64,000 nucleotides of DNA from an uncultured Actinomycetes bacterium (GCA_963757605.1 CAVWSF010000002.1:214317-278316), one strand, 5' to 3'; shown: positions 9,133-20,129, counted from the stretch's first letter. The notes: generated by a model not told the origin, from the sequence alone. Numbers and translations: made by a program.

Positions 9133-11060
9133 TTTGACGTCGCCAGCCCCTCCAGCGCGGACGGGTTCTCGAGCGAGGAGAGGTCGCCGGGGTCCTCGCC
9201 GAGGGCCGTGGCCCGGACGGCACGGCGCACGATCTTGGCCGTCCGCGTCTTCGGGAGCGCGTCCACGAACCGGATCTGGGCCGGCGCGAACGCCTTCCCG
9301 AGCACCGCGGAGATCTGCCCGCGCACGTCGGCGCGCAGCTCGTCGGTGGCCTCGATCCCGGGCCGAAGGACGCAGTAGACCCACGCCACCTCGCCCTTCA
9401 CCTCGTCGGGGACGCCGATGGCGCACGCCTCGGCGACGGCCGCGTGCGACACCGCTGCCGACTCGAACTCCGCCGGCCCGATCCGCTTCCCTGCCACGTT
9501 CAGGGTGTCGTCGGAGCGGCCGTGCAGGTACCAGAACCCGTCCTCGTCGACCGACGCCCAGTCGCCGTGCGCCCAGACGTCCGGCCAGCGCGACCAGTAC
9601 GAGTCGAGGTAGCGCTGCGGGTCGCCCCACACGCCGCGCGTCATCGACGGCCAGGGCTTGCGGCACACCAGCTCGCCCACCTCGCCGGCGGGCAGGTGCT
9701 CGCCGTCCGGCCCGGCCACGTCGATCGCCATGCCCAGCGCCGGCCCGCCCAGCGTGCACGACCGCAGCGGCATGACCGGCATGGGCGAGAGGAAGCAGGC
9801 CCCGACCTCGGTGCCGCCGGACAGGTTGATGATCGGCGCGCGGCCCTCCCCGACGATCTCGTGCAGCCACACGTACGGGTCGGGGTTCCACGGCTCGCCC
9901 GTCGAGGCCAGGATCCGGATCGAGGAGCGATCGTGGGCGCGCACCGGCTCCTCGCCGTGGGAGCGAAGCGCCCGGATGAGCGTGGGCGACACGCCGAGCA
10001 CAGAGATGCGGTGCCGCTCGACGAGGTCCCACAACCGCCCGGGGCCGGGGTAGTCGGGCGCGCCCTCCGAGAGCACGAGCGTGGCGCCGGCCGCTCCCGC
10101 GCCGACCACCACCCAGGGGCCCATGATCCAGCCCATGTCGGTCACCCACATGACGCGGTCGTCCGCGTGGACGTCGGCCTGGAACGCCGCCTCCTCGGCG
10201 ATCTTCACGAGGAGCCCGCCGTGGACATGGACGGCGCCCTTGGGCCGGCCGGTTGTCCCCGACGTGTAGATCACCATCATCGGCGTCTCGGCGGCGAGCG
10301 CCGGCGCGTCGAGCTCCGGGCTCTGACGTGCGACCAGCTCGTCCCAGCGGTGGTCGCGTCCGGCCTGCATTGCCACGGAGGTCCCGAGCCGGTCCCAGAC
10401 GACGACGTGGCGGACGCTCGGCGCGTCCGCAACGGCGGCGTCGGCGATGGTCTTCATCGACACCGGCCGTCCGCGCCGGGGGACGGCGTCGGCCGTCAGG
10501 AGCGCCACGGCGCCGGCGTCGGCCAGCCGGGCGGCGACGGCCGGCGCGGCGAAGCCCGAGAAGATGGGCACGACGATCGCACCGATCTTGCAGATCGCGT
10601 AGAAGCCGGCCACGGCCTGGATCGACATGGGCAGGAAGAGCCCGACCGCGTCGCCGCGGCCGACGCCCAGCTCGATGAGCGCGTTCGCGAGCCGGTTCGT
10701 CTCGGCGGTGAGCTGGCCGTAGGTCATCCGCTCGACCCGGCCGTCCTCGCTCTCCCACACGACCGCCGGCCGGTCGGCGGGGTGGCGGTCGACGCAGTTC
10801 TGCGTGAGGTTCAGGGTGCCGCCCGAGAACCAGGTCGACCAGGCGACCCCGCGCGACGTGTCGAGCACATGCTCGTACGGCGTCGAGAACTCGATCCCGA
10901 GGAAGCGGACGGCCGCGTCCCAGAACCACTCGACGTCGTCCTGGCTGCGCCGGATCAGCTCGCGCCAGTCGGCGATGCCGTGCTCGCGCATGAACGCCGT
11001 GGCGCGCGCGTGCTCGATCGCCTCGGCCGTCGGCTGCCAGATGTAGTCGTCCCCGGCGAT
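9129..11060 (-). CDS. Acetate/acyl-CoA ligase (AMP-forming, Acs-like)
   Basis: YTSGTTGRPKG, TGEPWNP, SGGTE, GRSDD, LPKTRTAKIVRR; 5' end uncertain (see findings). Confidence 0.9.
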   Translation of the reverse strand: MAGDDYIWQPTAEAIEHARATAFMREHGIADWRELIRRSQDDVEWFWDAAVRFLGIEFSTPYEHVLDTSRGVAWSTWFSGGTLNLTQNCVDRHPADRPAVVWESEDGRVERMTYGQLTAETNRLANALIELGVGRGDAVGLFLPMSIQAVAGFYAICKIGAIVVPIFSGFAAPAVAARLADAGAVALLTADAVPRRGRPVSMKTIADAAVADAPSVRHVVVWDRLGTSVAMQAGRDHRWDELVARQSPELDAPALAAETPMMVIYTSGTTGRPKGAVHVHGGLLVKIAEEAAFQADVHADDRVMWVTDMGWIMGPWVVVGAGAAGATLVLSEGAPDYPGPGRLWDLVERHRISVLGVSPTLIRALRSHGEEPVRAHDRSSIRILASTGEPWNPDPYVWLHEIVGEGRAPIINLSGGTEVGACFLSPMPVMPLRSCTLGGPALGMAIDVAGPDGEHLPAGEVGELVCRKPWPSMTRGVWGDPQRYLDSYWSRWPDVWAHGDWASVDEDGFWYLHGRSDDTLNVAGKRIGPAEFESAAVSHAAVAEACAIGVPDEVKGEVAWVYCVLRPGIEATDELRADVRGQISAVLGKAFAPAQIRFVDALPKTRTAKIVRRAVRATALGEDPGDLSSLENPSALEGLATSK

Positions 11061-11094
11061 GCCGAGGATGCTACGTGAGACAGTGCGGGCGCCG

Positions 11095-12066
11095 ATGAAG
11101 GTCGTGATCGCCCCCGACAAGCTGCGCGGCACCTACACGGCCGACGAGGCGGCGGCGGCGCTCGCCCGCGGTTGGCGGGCGGTCCGCCCCGGCGACGACC
11201 TCGTCCAGCTGCCGCTGGCCGACGGCGGCGAGGGCACGGCGGCGGCCATCGTGGGGGCGCGCGGCGGCGAGTGGCGCGAGGCGCAGGTGCACGACGCCCT
11301 CGGCCGTCCGTGCACGGCCCGCTTCGCCCGCCTGATCGACGGATCGGCGGCGCTCGACGTCGCCGAGGCCTGCGGGGCCGGCCGGGTGGTCGACCGGCCG
11401 CGCGACCCCATCGGCGCCTCGTCGCGGGGCGCCGGGGAGCTGATCCGGGCGGCGATCGATGATGGGGCGCTTCGGGTCGTGATCGGCGTCGGCGGCACGG
11501 CCTCGACCGACGGCGGGATCGGGCTGCGCGATGGGCTCGGCCCGGTGCCCGGCGATGTTGGGCTGGTCGCCGCGCTCGACGTCCAGAATCCGCTCCTCGG
11601 GCCGAGCGGCGCGGCGGCCGTGTTCGGGCCGCAGAAGGGTGCGAGCGCCGCGCAGGTTGCCGAGCTCGAGGAGCGCCTGCGGAGCCTGCACCTGCCGACA
11701 GCTGACCGGCCGGGGGCGGGTGCGGGCGGCGGGATCGGCGGCATGCTCATGCAGCTCGGGGCGCGGGCGGTCTCAGGCGCCTCGCTCGTGACCGAGGAGG
11801 TCGGCCTCGCCCGCGAGCTGGGAAACGCGGGACTGTGCATCACCGCCGAGGGCCGGATCGACCGCCAGACGCTCTCCGGCAAGATCGTCGGCCACGTCGC
11901 TGACCTCTGCCGCGCAACCGGCGTCCAATGCATTGCCGTGGGCGGCATCGTCGAGGCCGCCGCGGCGGAGGAGCTCGAGCGGCGCGGATGCGAGACCCAC
12001 AAGCAGGGCGACTTGGAGCGCGCGGGGCGGGAGCTGGCCTTGCGCTGCTCCTCGCCGCCCTCCTGA
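11095..12066 (+). CDS. glxK: Glycerate kinase (GlxK/GarK family), compact form
   Basis: MKVVIAPDK, PLADGGEGT, GVGGTASTDGG, DVQNPLLG..GAA.VFGPQKGA, GAGAGGG, EGRID.QT..GK. Confidence 0.88.
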   Translation: MKVVIAPDKLRGTYTADEAAAALARGWRAVRPGDDLVQLPLADGGEGTAAAIVGARGGEWREAQVHDALGRPCTARFARLIDGSAALDVAEACGAGRVVDRPRDPIGASSRGAGELIRAAIDDGALRVVIGVGGTASTDGGIGLRDGLGPVPGDVGLVAALDVQNPLLGPSGAAAVFGPQKGASAAQVAELEERLRSLHLPTADRPGAGAGGGIGGMLMQLGARAVSGASLVTEEVGLARELGNAGLCITAEGRIDRQTLSGKIVGHVADLCRATGVQCIAVGGIVEAAAAEELERRGCETHKQGDLERAGRELALRCSSPPS

Positions 12067-13391
12067 CCGCCTGCAGCGGCGACGCCTCGGCCCCGCAGGC
12101 CGCGGGCACCGCCTGCCGCGCGCCGGCCTACCCGGCCCCCGAACCGCACCGGCCGCGCTACCGCCTGACGGTGCGCATCCCGGCGAGCGGCGACGTGACC
12201 GGGACCGTGCGTGTGCGCTTCACGCCCGATCTGCCGACGCGCCGGCTCGTCTTCCGCGAGTGGCCGAACGGCCCGCTCCAGGCGAAGGAGGGCGCGCACC
12301 TCGATGCCGGGCCGGTGACGGCCCGCGGTTTCACGCTGACCGCGACGCACCCCGATCCGACCACGCTGGTGGTCGCGCTCTCCCGGACGCTCGCGGCCGG
12401 CGAGCCGATCGACGTCGAGCTGCCCTATCGGCTGCGGCTGCCGGGAGCCGTGCGCGACCGCCTGGCGCGCGCCGGCGATGCCGTCCGGCTGGGGTCGTTC
12501 TTCCCCGTGCTGGCGTGGGAGCCGGGCGTCGGCTGGGACGTCGACCCGCCGACGCCGCTTCTGGCCGAGACGTCCTCGACGCCGACCGCCGACTTCGACA
12601 TGCGCATCTCCGCCCCGCCCGGGGACCGGCTCCTGACGACGGGGGTTCCGGCCGGGCCGGGCAAGTACACCGCAACCGCGGTGCGTGACTTCGCGATCTC
12701 CGCGGGCCGGTTCGAGACCTTCACGACCGTGGCCCACGCGCCCGATCCCGTGCGGGTCACCGCCGCGGTCGCGCCGGGCACCGGCGCCTCGGTGCGGGAC
12801 GTCGCGTATCGGGCGCGGGCTGCGCTCGAGGCGATCTCGGCCCGCTACGGGCCCTACCCGTGGCCGACGCTCCACCTGGCCGTCGTGCCGGCTCTCGGGC
12901 GGGTGGGGATCGAGTACCCGACGATGATCTTCCTCGGCGGCGAGGGCATCGCGCGCGCGACGACCCACGAGGTGGCCCATCAGTGGTTCTACTCGCTCGT
13001 CGGAAACGACCAGGCCCGCGACCCGGTGGTCGACGAGGGGCTTGCGACCTACGTCCAGGCCGAGCTCGATCAGCTCTGGCCGTACTTCGACAACCTGCCC
13101 GACCCGAAGCGGCTGCGGCGCCAGACGGGGAGGCCGATGGCGTACTGGGACCACCGGCGCCAGAAGCTCTACGACCTCGCCGTGTACGCCGACGGCGCAC
13201 GGATGCTACGCGCGCTGGGGCACCCTTCCGAGGTGACCTGCGCGCTTCGCCGGTACGTGGCTGCGAACGCCTACGGGATCGCCACCCAGGCCGATCTGGC
13301 CCGCGCCCTCGAGGCCGGCGTGCCGGGCGCTCGGCGTGTCCTCGGCGCCTACGGCGTCCCGTCCCGATACCGCGGCCGGGAGATCGGGTAA
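11988..13391 (+). CDS. M1-family (gluzincin) metallopeptidase, predicted lipoprotein
   Basis: Lipobox LLTAC, GIEYP exopeptidase-type motif, HEVAH followed by downstream DEGLA zinc motif; start uncertain. Confidence 0.8.
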   Translation: MRDPQAGRLGARGAGAGLALLLAALLTACSGDASAPQAAGTACRAPAYPAPEPHRPRYRLTVRIPASGDVTGTVRVRFTPDLPTRRLVFREWPNGPLQAKEGAHLDAGPVTARGFTLTATHPDPTTLVVALSRTLAAGEPIDVELPYRLRLPGAVRDRLARAGDAVRLGSFFPVLAWEPGVGWDVDPPTPLLAETSSTPTADFDMRISAPPGDRLLTTGVPAGPGKYTATAVRDFAISAGRFETFTTVAHAPDPVRVTAAVAPGTGASVRDVAYRARAALEAISARYGPYPWPTLHLAVVPALGRVGIEYPTMIFLGGEGIARATTHEVAHQWFYSLVGNDQARDPVVDEGLATYVQAELDQLWPYFDNLPDPKRLRRQTGRPMAYWDHRRQKLYDLAVYADGARMLRALGHPSEVTCALRRYVAANAYGIATQADLARALEAGVPGARRVLGAYGVPSRYRGREIG

Positions 13392-13442
13392 GGGGTTGCT
13401 ATCGTCCCTGCGCCCTAGCGAGACCGTCTGGAGGTCGCCTCC

Positions 13443-15419
13443 GTGTCACGGCCGTACGACGACACCGACCAGCTTGCAATCAACACCCTTCGCACCCTCG
13501 CGGTGGACGCCGTCGAGCGGGCGAAATCGGGCCATCCCGGCCTGCCGATGGGCGCCGCCCCGATGGCGCACGTGCTGTGGACGCGCTACCTGCGCCACAA
13601 CCCCGCCGACCCGTCGTGGCCGGGCCGTGACCGGTTCGTGCTCTCGGCCGGGCACGGGTGCATGCTGCTCTACGCGCTCCTGCACCTGACCGGGTATGAC
13701 CTCTCGCTCGACGAGCTGAAGCACTTCCGCCAGTGGGGGAGCCTCACCCCGGGCCACCCGGAGCGCGGCCACACCGCGGGCGTCGAGGCCACCACCGGCC
13801 CGCTCGGGCAGGGCACCGGCAACGCCGTCGGGATGGCCATCGCGGGCAAGCACCTGGCCGCCCGCTTCGGCGAGGCCGCCGGGTTCCGTGTCTTCGCGCT
13901 CGTCTCGGATGGCGACCTGATGGAGGGCGTCTCCGGCGAGGCGTCGTCGCTGGCCGGGCATCTCGCGCTCGACAACCTCGTCTTCCTCTATGACGACAAC
14001 CACGTGACGATCGACGGCGACACCCAACTCGCCTTCACCGAGGACCGGGCGGGCCGCTACGCCGCATACGGCTGGCACACGCTCACGGTCGAGGACGGAA
14101 ACGACGTCGACGCGCTCGACGCCGCGATCGCCGAGGGCATCGCCCACGACGGGCAGCCGACCTTCATCTCGGTGAAGACCATCATCGGCTACGGCTCGGT
14201 CGACGCCGGCACCTCGCGGGCCCACTCCGACGCCCGTGGCCCGGAGCAGCAGGCCGAGACGAAGCGGGCGCTCGGATTCGACCCTGAGAAGTTCTTCTTC
14301 ATCCCCGACCAGGTCTCGGCGCGCTATCGCGAGGCGCTCGAACGCGGCGCCGCGCTCGAAGCGGAGTGGCAGCAGACGGTCGGCCCGATCCCCGGGCCGG
14401 AGATCCCCGAGCTCGTGATCGAGCCGTTCGACGGCGACGAGAAGCCGATGGCCACCCGTGCGGCCTCGGGCAAGGTGATCGCCCAGATCGCCTCGCAGGT
14501 GCCGCAGCTCGTCGGCGGCTCGGCCGACCTCACCCCGTCCAACAACACCAAGCCCGAGGGCTGGGAGGACTTCCAGCCGGGCGCCTACGCCGGCCGCTAC
14601 CTGCGCTTCGGCGTCCGCGAGCACGGCATGAGCGCGATCTCGAACGGCCTCGCCGCCTCGGGACTGCGCCCGTACGCGGCCACGTTCTTCAACTTCCTCG
14701 ACTACGCGAAGCCGGCGGTGCGGCTCTCGGCGCTCTCGCGCCTTCCGGTCATCTGGATCTACACGCACGACTCCATCGGCCTCGGCGAGGACGGCCCCAC
14801 CCACCAGCCCATCGAGCAGCTCGCGACCCTGCGCGCCACGCCCGACATCTGCGTCTTTCGCCCGGCGGACGCGAACGAGACGATCGCCGGGTGGCGGGTC
14901 GCGCTGGCCCGCGACCTCCCAACCGCGCTCATCCTCTCGCGCCAAGCGCTCCCCGTTCTCGACCCGGAGCGCCACCCGCTCGCTGACGCCGCCCGCGGCG
15001 GCTACGTGCTCGAGGGCGATCCCGACCCGGACGTGATCCTGATCGGCACCGGCTCCGAGGTGCACCTCGCCATGGCCGCCCGCGGCCTCCTGCGCGACCG
15101 CGGCGTCTCGAGCCGTGTCGTCTCGCTGCCGTCGTGGGAGCTCTTCGAGGAGCAGCCCGAGGCCTACCGCACCGAGGTGCTCCCGCCCGAGATCGAGGCC
15201 CGCGTCAGCGTCGAGGCGGCCGCCAGCCTCGGCTGGGAGCGCTACGTCGGGCTCCACGGCGCGGTCGTCGGCCTCGACCGCTTCGGCGCGTCGGCGCCGG
15301 GGCCGACGGCGCTCGAGAACCTTGGCTTCACACCCGAGCGCGTGGCCGACGAGGCCGAACGCGTGCTCCAGGCGTCATCGATACCCTCCGGGGGGCAGAG
15401 AGGAGAATCAGAGTCATGA
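13443..15419 (+). CDS. tkt: Transketolase
   Basis: [58 protein letters not shown]. Confidence 0.97.
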   Translation: MSRPYDDTDQLAINTLRTLAVDAVERAKSGHPGLPMGAAPMAHVLWTRYLRHNPADPSWPGRDRFVLSAGHGCMLLYALLHLTGYDLSLDELKHFRQWGSLTPGHPERGHTAGVEATTGPLGQGTGNAVGMAIAGKHLAARFGEAAGFRVFALVSDGDLMEGVSGEASSLAGHLALDNLVFLYDDNHVTIDGDTQLAFTEDRAGRYAAYGWHTLTVEDGNDVDALDAAIAEGIAHDGQPTFISVKTIIGYGSVDAGTSRAHSDARGPEQQAETKRALGFDPEKFFFIPDQVSARYREALERGAALEAEWQQTVGPIPGPEIPELVIEPFDGDEKPMATRAASGKVIAQIASQVPQLVGGSADLTPSNNTKPEGWEDFQPGAYAGRYLRFGVREHGMSAISNGLAASGLRPYAATFFNFLDYAKPAVRLSALSRLPVIWIYTHDSIGLGEDGPTHQPIEQLATLRATPDICVFRPADANETIAGWRVALARDLPTALILSRQALPVLDPERHPLADAARGGYVLEGDPDPDVILIGTGSEVHLAMAARGLLRDRGVSSRVVSLPSWELFEEQPEAYRTEVLPPEIEARVSVEAAASLGWERYVGLHGAVVGLDRFGASAPGPTALENLGFTPERVADEAERVLQASSIPSGGQRGESES

Positions 15420-16504
15420 CGAAGCTTCACGACCTCGCCGCCGCGGGCACCAGCCCCTGGCTCGACAACATCCGCCGCGGCTGGCTCAAGTCCGGAGAGT
15501 TCAAGAAGATGGTGGACGACGGGGTGGCGGGCGTCACCTCGAACCCGACGATCTTCCAGAAGGCGATCGCCGACAGCACCGACTACGACGAGGCGATCGC
15601 AGCGCTCGCCGGGACGTCGGCATCCGCCGAGGACGTCTTCTTCGAGCTCGCGATCGAGGACGTCCGCGAGGCGGCCGACCAGATCCGGCACGTCTACGAC
15701 GAGTCCGGCCACCTCGACGGCTTCGTGTCGTTCGAGCTGCCGCCGAAGATGGCCAACGACACGGCGGCGTCGGTCGCCGCCGCGCCGGACTTCTTCGGAC
15801 GCATCGGGCGCCCCAACATCTACATCAAGATCCCGGGCACGGCTGAGGGCGTGCCGGCGATCGAGGAGACGATCGCCGCCGGCATCAACGTGAACGTCAC
15901 ACTGCTGTTCTCGCTGGCGCAGTACGAGGCGATCCACACGGCCTACATCAAGGGTCTCGAGCGGCGTTTGGCGGCGCACCAGCCGATCTCCGACGTGCAC
16001 TCGGTCGCGAGCTTCTTCGTCTCGCGGGTCGACACCGCGGTCGACGCCGACCTGCCGGAGGGCTCGCCGCTTCGCGGGAAGGCGGCCGTCGCCAACGCCA
16101 AGCTCGCCTACCAGCGCTTCAGCGAGATCGTGGCGTCGGACCGCTGGCAGAAGCTCGCAGCTGAGGGCGCGACCGTGCAGCGGACGCTGTGGGCCTCGAC
16201 CGGCACGAAGAACCCGGACTACTCCGACGTGCTCTACGTCGACGATCTGATCGGCCCCGACTGCGTGAACACGATGCCCGAGGCGACGATCGCCGCCTTC
16301 ATGGACCACGGCGTCGTCGCCCGCACCGTGGACGCGGACGTCGAGGGTGCGCGGGCCGCGACCGCCGCGCTCGCGGACGCCGGCGTTTCGCTCGACGCGG
16401 TGACGCACAAGCTCGAGGTCGACGGCGTGAAGGCGTTCTCTGACTCGTTCGACTCGCTGATCGGGACGATCCGCCAAAGTCTCGACGCCCAACGCGCCGC
16501 CTGA
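15416..16504 (+). CDS. tal: Transaldolase (actinobacterial type)
   Basis: [43 protein letters not shown]; ATG 15416. Confidence 0.96.
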   Translation: MTKLHDLAAAGTSPWLDNIRRGWLKSGEFKKMVDDGVAGVTSNPTIFQKAIADSTDYDEAIAALAGTSASAEDVFFELAIEDVREAADQIRHVYDESGHLDGFVSFELPPKMANDTAASVAAAPDFFGRIGRPNIYIKIPGTAEGVPAIEETIAAGINVNVTLLFSLAQYEAIHTAYIKGLERRLAAHQPISDVHSVASFFVSRVDTAVDADLPEGSPLRGKAAVANAKLAYQRFSEIVASDRWQKLAAEGATVQRTLWASTGTKNPDYSDVLYVDDLIGPDCVNTMPEATIAAFMDHGVVARTVDADVEGARAATAALADAGVSLDAVTHKLEVDGVKAFSDSFDSLIGTIRQSLDAQRAA

Positions 16505-18021
16505 TGGCGACGACGGCCAAGCGGCCGGCTCCGAACCCGCTTCGGGCGGGGCTCCGGGTGGGCGGCGCCTCCGAGCCCACCGTCTTCGTCATCTACGGCG
16601 CCTCGGGCGACCTCTCCCAGCGGAAGCTTCTGCCGGCGATCTACAACCTGGCCGTCCGCGGCCTTCTGCCCAACCGGTTCGCGGTGATCGGCTACGCCCG
16701 CTCGGAGATGGACAACGAGACGTTCCGCGACTTCGCCCGAGCGGCTGTGGAGAAGTTCTCGCGGACGCCTGTCGACGACCACCTCTGGCAGGCGTTCTCC
16801 GAGACCCTGCACTACCAGTCGGGGGCGTTCGACGAGGAGGGGTTCAGGGTCCTGGGCGACCGGCTCGAGGCCATCGACGCCGCCCACGGGACCGGCGGGA
16901 ACCGCGTCTACTACCTCTCGACGCCGGCCAGCTTCTTCCCCGTGATCGTGCAGGCGATGGGGGCGACGCGGCTCAACCGCCCGCCCGGCTTCGCCCGGGT
17001 CGTGATCGAGAAGCCGTTCGGCCACGACCTGGAATCGGCCAGGGAGCTGGCCGACGTCGTCCACCGGTCGTTCCGCGAGAACCAGATCTACCGGATCGAC
17101 CATTACCTGGGCAAGGAGACGGTCCAGAACATCTTCGCGTTCCGCTTCGCCAACGCGATCTTCGAGCCGGTCTGGAACAACACGCACGTCGATCACGTCC
17201 AGATCACGGTGGGCGAGTCGATCGGCGTCGAGCACCGGGCCGCGTTCTACGAGGAGACCGGCGTCGTCCGCGACATCGTGCAGAACCACCTGCTGCAGGT
17301 GTTCGCGCTGGTCGCGATGGAGCCGCCGGCGGCGTTCGACGCCGATCCGATCCGCGACGAGAAGGCCAAGCTGCTCCGCGCGACCAAGCCGATGTCGCTC
17401 GAGAACGCCGTCCGCGGGCAGTACGGCGAGGGCTACGTCGCCGGCGAGCAGGTGGTCGCCTACCTCGACGAGCCGAACGTCCCGCCCGACTCCAACACCC
17501 CCAGCTACATCGCGGCGAAGCTCGAGATCGGCAACTGGCGCTGGGCCGGCACGCCGTTCTACATCCGGGCCGGGAAGCGGCTCGCCAAGCGCGTGACCGA
17601 GGTGGCCGTCCAGTTCAAGCGCCCGCCGCACCTGCCGTTCCCGACGGATGCGGTCGAGCAGCTCGAGGCCAACGCGCTCGTGCTGCGGATCCAGCCTGAC
17701 GAAGGCATCTCGCTTCGGTTCGGCGCCAAGGCGCCCACGCCGACGCTCGCGCTGCGCACGGTCAACATGGACTTCCTGTACGGCTCGTCGTTCCTGGCCG
17801 AGGTGCCGGAGGCCTACGAGACGCTCATCCTCGACGCGATGCGCGGCGACGGCACGCTCTTCACCCGGCAGGACAGCGTGGAGCGGTCGTGGGAGATCGT
17901 CGACCCGCTGCTCGGGCAGTGGCGCAAGGGGACGCCGCAGGTCTATCCGTCCGGGTCGTGGGGCCCCGACCTGTCCGACGAGCTCCTGGCCCGCGACGGG
18001 CGCAGATGGCGGAGGCCGTGA
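16504..18021 (+). CDS. zwf: Glucose-6-phosphate 1-dehydrogenase
   Basis: GASGDL, EKPFG, RIDHYLGKE, RWAGTPF. Confidence 0.97.
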   Translation: MATTAKRPAPNPLRAGLRVGGASEPTVFVIYGASGDLSQRKLLPAIYNLAVRGLLPNRFAVIGYARSEMDNETFRDFARAAVEKFSRTPVDDHLWQAFSETLHYQSGAFDEEGFRVLGDRLEAIDAAHGTGGNRVYYLSTPASFFPVIVQAMGATRLNRPPGFARVVIEKPFGHDLESARELADVVHRSFRENQIYRIDHYLGKETVQNIFAFRFANAIFEPVWNNTHVDHVQITVGESIGVEHRAAFYEETGVVRDIVQNHLLQVFALVAMEPPAAFDADPIRDEKAKLLRATKPMSLENAVRGQYGEGYVAGEQVVAYLDEPNVPPDSNTPSYIAAKLEIGNWRWAGTPFYIRAGKRLAKRVTEVAVQFKRPPHLPFPTDAVEQLEANALVLRIQPDEGISLRFGAKAPTPTLALRTVNMDFLYGSSFLAEVPEAYETLILDAMRGDGTLFTRQDSVERSWEIVDPLLGQWRKGTPQVYPSGSWGPDLSDELLARDGRRWRRP

Positions 18022-18920
18022 GCGGCGACGGCGAGACCTCCGACCTCGCGGCCGTCGAGTCGATGCTCCGCGCCGCCCGCGGCGGCGACCGCACGGGCAG
18101 CGTGCGGGCGATCACGCTCAACCTGATCGTGGTGGCGCCCGACGCCGACCACGTCGAGACGTCGATCGAGGCGCTGGAGCACGTCGGCCCGTCGCATCCG
18201 CTTCGCGCCATCGTGGCGACGCCGGTGGAGGACGAGCTGCGTGCGTCAGTCGCGAGCTCGTGCTGGGTCGGCGCCTCCGAGCGGCAGGTGTGCTCCGAGC
18301 GGGTCGTCGTCGAGGCGGCCGCCAAGGCGCTCCCGAGCGCGGTCACCTCGCTGCTCGTTCCCGACCTGCCGGTGTTCCTGTGGTGGCAGGGGCCGTTCGG
18401 CGAGGGCGGCCTGGCGGGAGCGCTCTCGCGGCTGGCCTCGCGGGTGATCGTCGATTCGAGCGAGTGCGGGCTCGAGGGCGTGGCGGCCGCACGCCTCGTG
18501 GGAGGATCGGCGGCCGACCTGGCCTGGGCCGGCCTCCTGCCGTGGCGCGACGCCGTGGCGGGGCTCTTCGACGGCCCGAAGGACGCGAAGGCGCTGGAGC
18601 GCATCAAGGCGGTCGACGTCCGGGGCCCCGAGAACGAGGCGCGGCTCATGGCGGGGTGGCTGCGCTCGGCGCTCGACAGCGAGATCGAGCTGCGCAGGGA
18701 GGGCCGCACGCACCATCTGGAGCGCGTGACGATGCAGAGCGGCGGCAAGGAGTACCTGGTCGAGCGGCGCGGCCGCGGGCGCCTCGGCACCGCCATGGTG
18801 CCGGGCCTCCTCGACTACCCGGTCCTTCTGGCCCCGCCGCCGCGGTCGTCGCTCCTGGCCGACGAGCTGAGCCGGCTTTCCAGCGACCGGTTGTTCGAGC
18901 GGGCGCTCGAAGCTGCCTGA
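18018..18920 (+). CDS. opcA: G6PDH assembly/activator protein OpcA
   Basis: Follows zwf with GTGA overlap; TLNLIV, HPLR, LLVPDLPVFLWW, RVIVDS, DLAW..L.PWR. Confidence 0.88.
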   Translation: MSGDGETSDLAAVESMLRAARGGDRTGSVRAITLNLIVVAPDADHVETSIEALEHVGPSHPLRAIVATPVEDELRASVASSCWVGASERQVCSERVVVEAAAKALPSAVTSLLVPDLPVFLWWQGPFGEGGLAGALSRLASRVIVDSSECGLEGVAAARLVGGSAADLAWAGLLPWRDAVAGLFDGPKDAKALERIKAVDVRGPENEARLMAGWLRSALDSEIELRREGRTHHLERVTMQSGGKEYLVERRGRGRLGTAMVPGLLDYPVLLAPPPRSSLLADELSRLSSDRLFERALEAA

Positions 18921-18954
18921 CGCAGGCGGGGTGGGCGGCATCGACGGGATGCCG

Positions 18955-19452
18955 GTGACCGAGCAGGGCGAGGCGCTCTACCGCGACCTGCTGTGGGTGC
19001 ACGGCCTCCTGCGCCAGGATCTCGCGACCGTCGAGCGGCTGGCGGCGGAGGTCGCCGACGGAGGGGAGGCCGACGCCGTCGTCGCCGGCGTCCGGACGCT
19101 CGAAAGCACCGGCCCGCTCTGGCGGCTGCGGGCGAGCTGCCTGCACTACTGCCGGTTCGTGCATGGCCACCACCGACTCGAAGACAGGGCGCTCTTCCCG
19201 GAGCTCCGGCGCGTGAACCCGGCGCTCGGGCCGGTGGTCGACCGGCTCCAGGAGGACCACCGCCGGGTGGCCGGCCTCCTCGAGGCGGTCGAGGCCGCCG
19301 CCGGCGCGCTCGACAACGCCGACACGCCGGAGGCCCGGACCGCGGTCGCCGACACGCTCGAGGCGCTCGCGGTGCACCTCCTCGCCCACCTCGAGCTCGA
19401 GGAGCAGAGCGTCGCCGAGACGCTCAGGCGGTGGGCTCCGCTCGGCGCGTGA
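18955..19452 (+). CDS. Hemerythrin/HHE cation-binding domain protein
   Basis: VHGLLR, HGHHRLED, EDH, HLELEE repeats; start could be 18931/18949/18955. Confidence 0.82.
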   Translation: MTEQGEALYRDLLWVHGLLRQDLATVERLAAEVADGGEADAVVAGVRTLESTGPLWRLRASCLHYCRFVHGHHRLEDRALFPELRRVNPALGPVVDRLQEDHRRVAGLLEAVEAAAGALDNADTPEARTAVADTLEALAVHLLAHLELEEQSVAETLRRWAPLGA

Positions 19453-19454
19453 CC

Positions 19455-20129
19455 CTACGCGACCGGGTGTGAGGCGTCCGTGAACTCGCGGAAGGCCGCC
19501 GTCACCAGGTAGGCGGTCTGCTCGCCGATGTCCACGGCGTTGTCGCCGATCCGCTCGATCGCTCGGGCGACGAGCATCGCCCGCAGCGGCATCTCGATCG
19601 TCGACTCGTCAAACCCGCCTTCGATGATGCGGCGGGCCAGCCCGTGGTTTCGCTCGTTGATGACCTGGTCGAGCTCGACGAGCGACTCGGCCTGCTCCAG
19701 GTCGCGCTGCGTGAACGACGCCATCGCGGTGGCGATCATGCCGCTCGCCTGGTTTCCCATCACCGTGAAGTCCTCCAGCAGCTCCGGCGTGAGCGGCTGT
19801 CGCACGAAGAGCCGGCTCAGCTTGGCGATGTTGACGCACTGGTCGCCGATCCGTTCCAGGTTCTGGTTCACATGGATGACGGCCAGCACGAACCGCAGGT
19901 CGACCGCCACGGGGGACTGGCGGGCGAGCAGCGACTCGACGCCGTGCTCGACCTGGAGGTAGACGCGGTCCACCCCGTCGTCGCCCGCCACGACGGTGTC
20001 GGCGGCGGTGGATTCCGGCGCGATCAGCGCCTCGAGGGCGCCGTCGAGCGAGCGCTGGCAGAGCCGGGCTTCCTCATTGAGAAGGGCCCCGAGCTCGGTG
20101 AGCTCCTGATGGAACGTCTCACGTGGCAT
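19455..20129 (-). CDS. phoU: Phosphate signalling protein PhoU
   Basis: Two PhoU repeats: ARQSPVAVDLR, LERIGD, AIERIGDNAVDIGEQ. Confidence 0.95.
   Translation of the reverse strand: MPRETFHQELTELGALLNEEARLCQRSLDGALEALIAPESTAADTVVAGDDGVDRVYLQVEHGVESLLARQSPVAVDLRFVLAVIHVNQNLERIGDQCVNIAKLSRLFVRQPLTPELLEDFTVMGNQASGMIATAMASFTQRDLEQAESLVELDQVINERNHGLARRIIEGGFDESTIEMPLRAMLVARAIERIGDNAVDIGEQTAYLVTAAFREFTDASHPVA

Noticed and set aside
4383-10929. Apparent giant fusion ORFs 4383-6494, 7021-8496 and 8611-10929 (similarly 35475-38021, 50860-52638, 52941-55493)
   Set aside because: 5' extensions are stop-free shadow frames; the real genes start at internal codons with RBS or leaderless signals.
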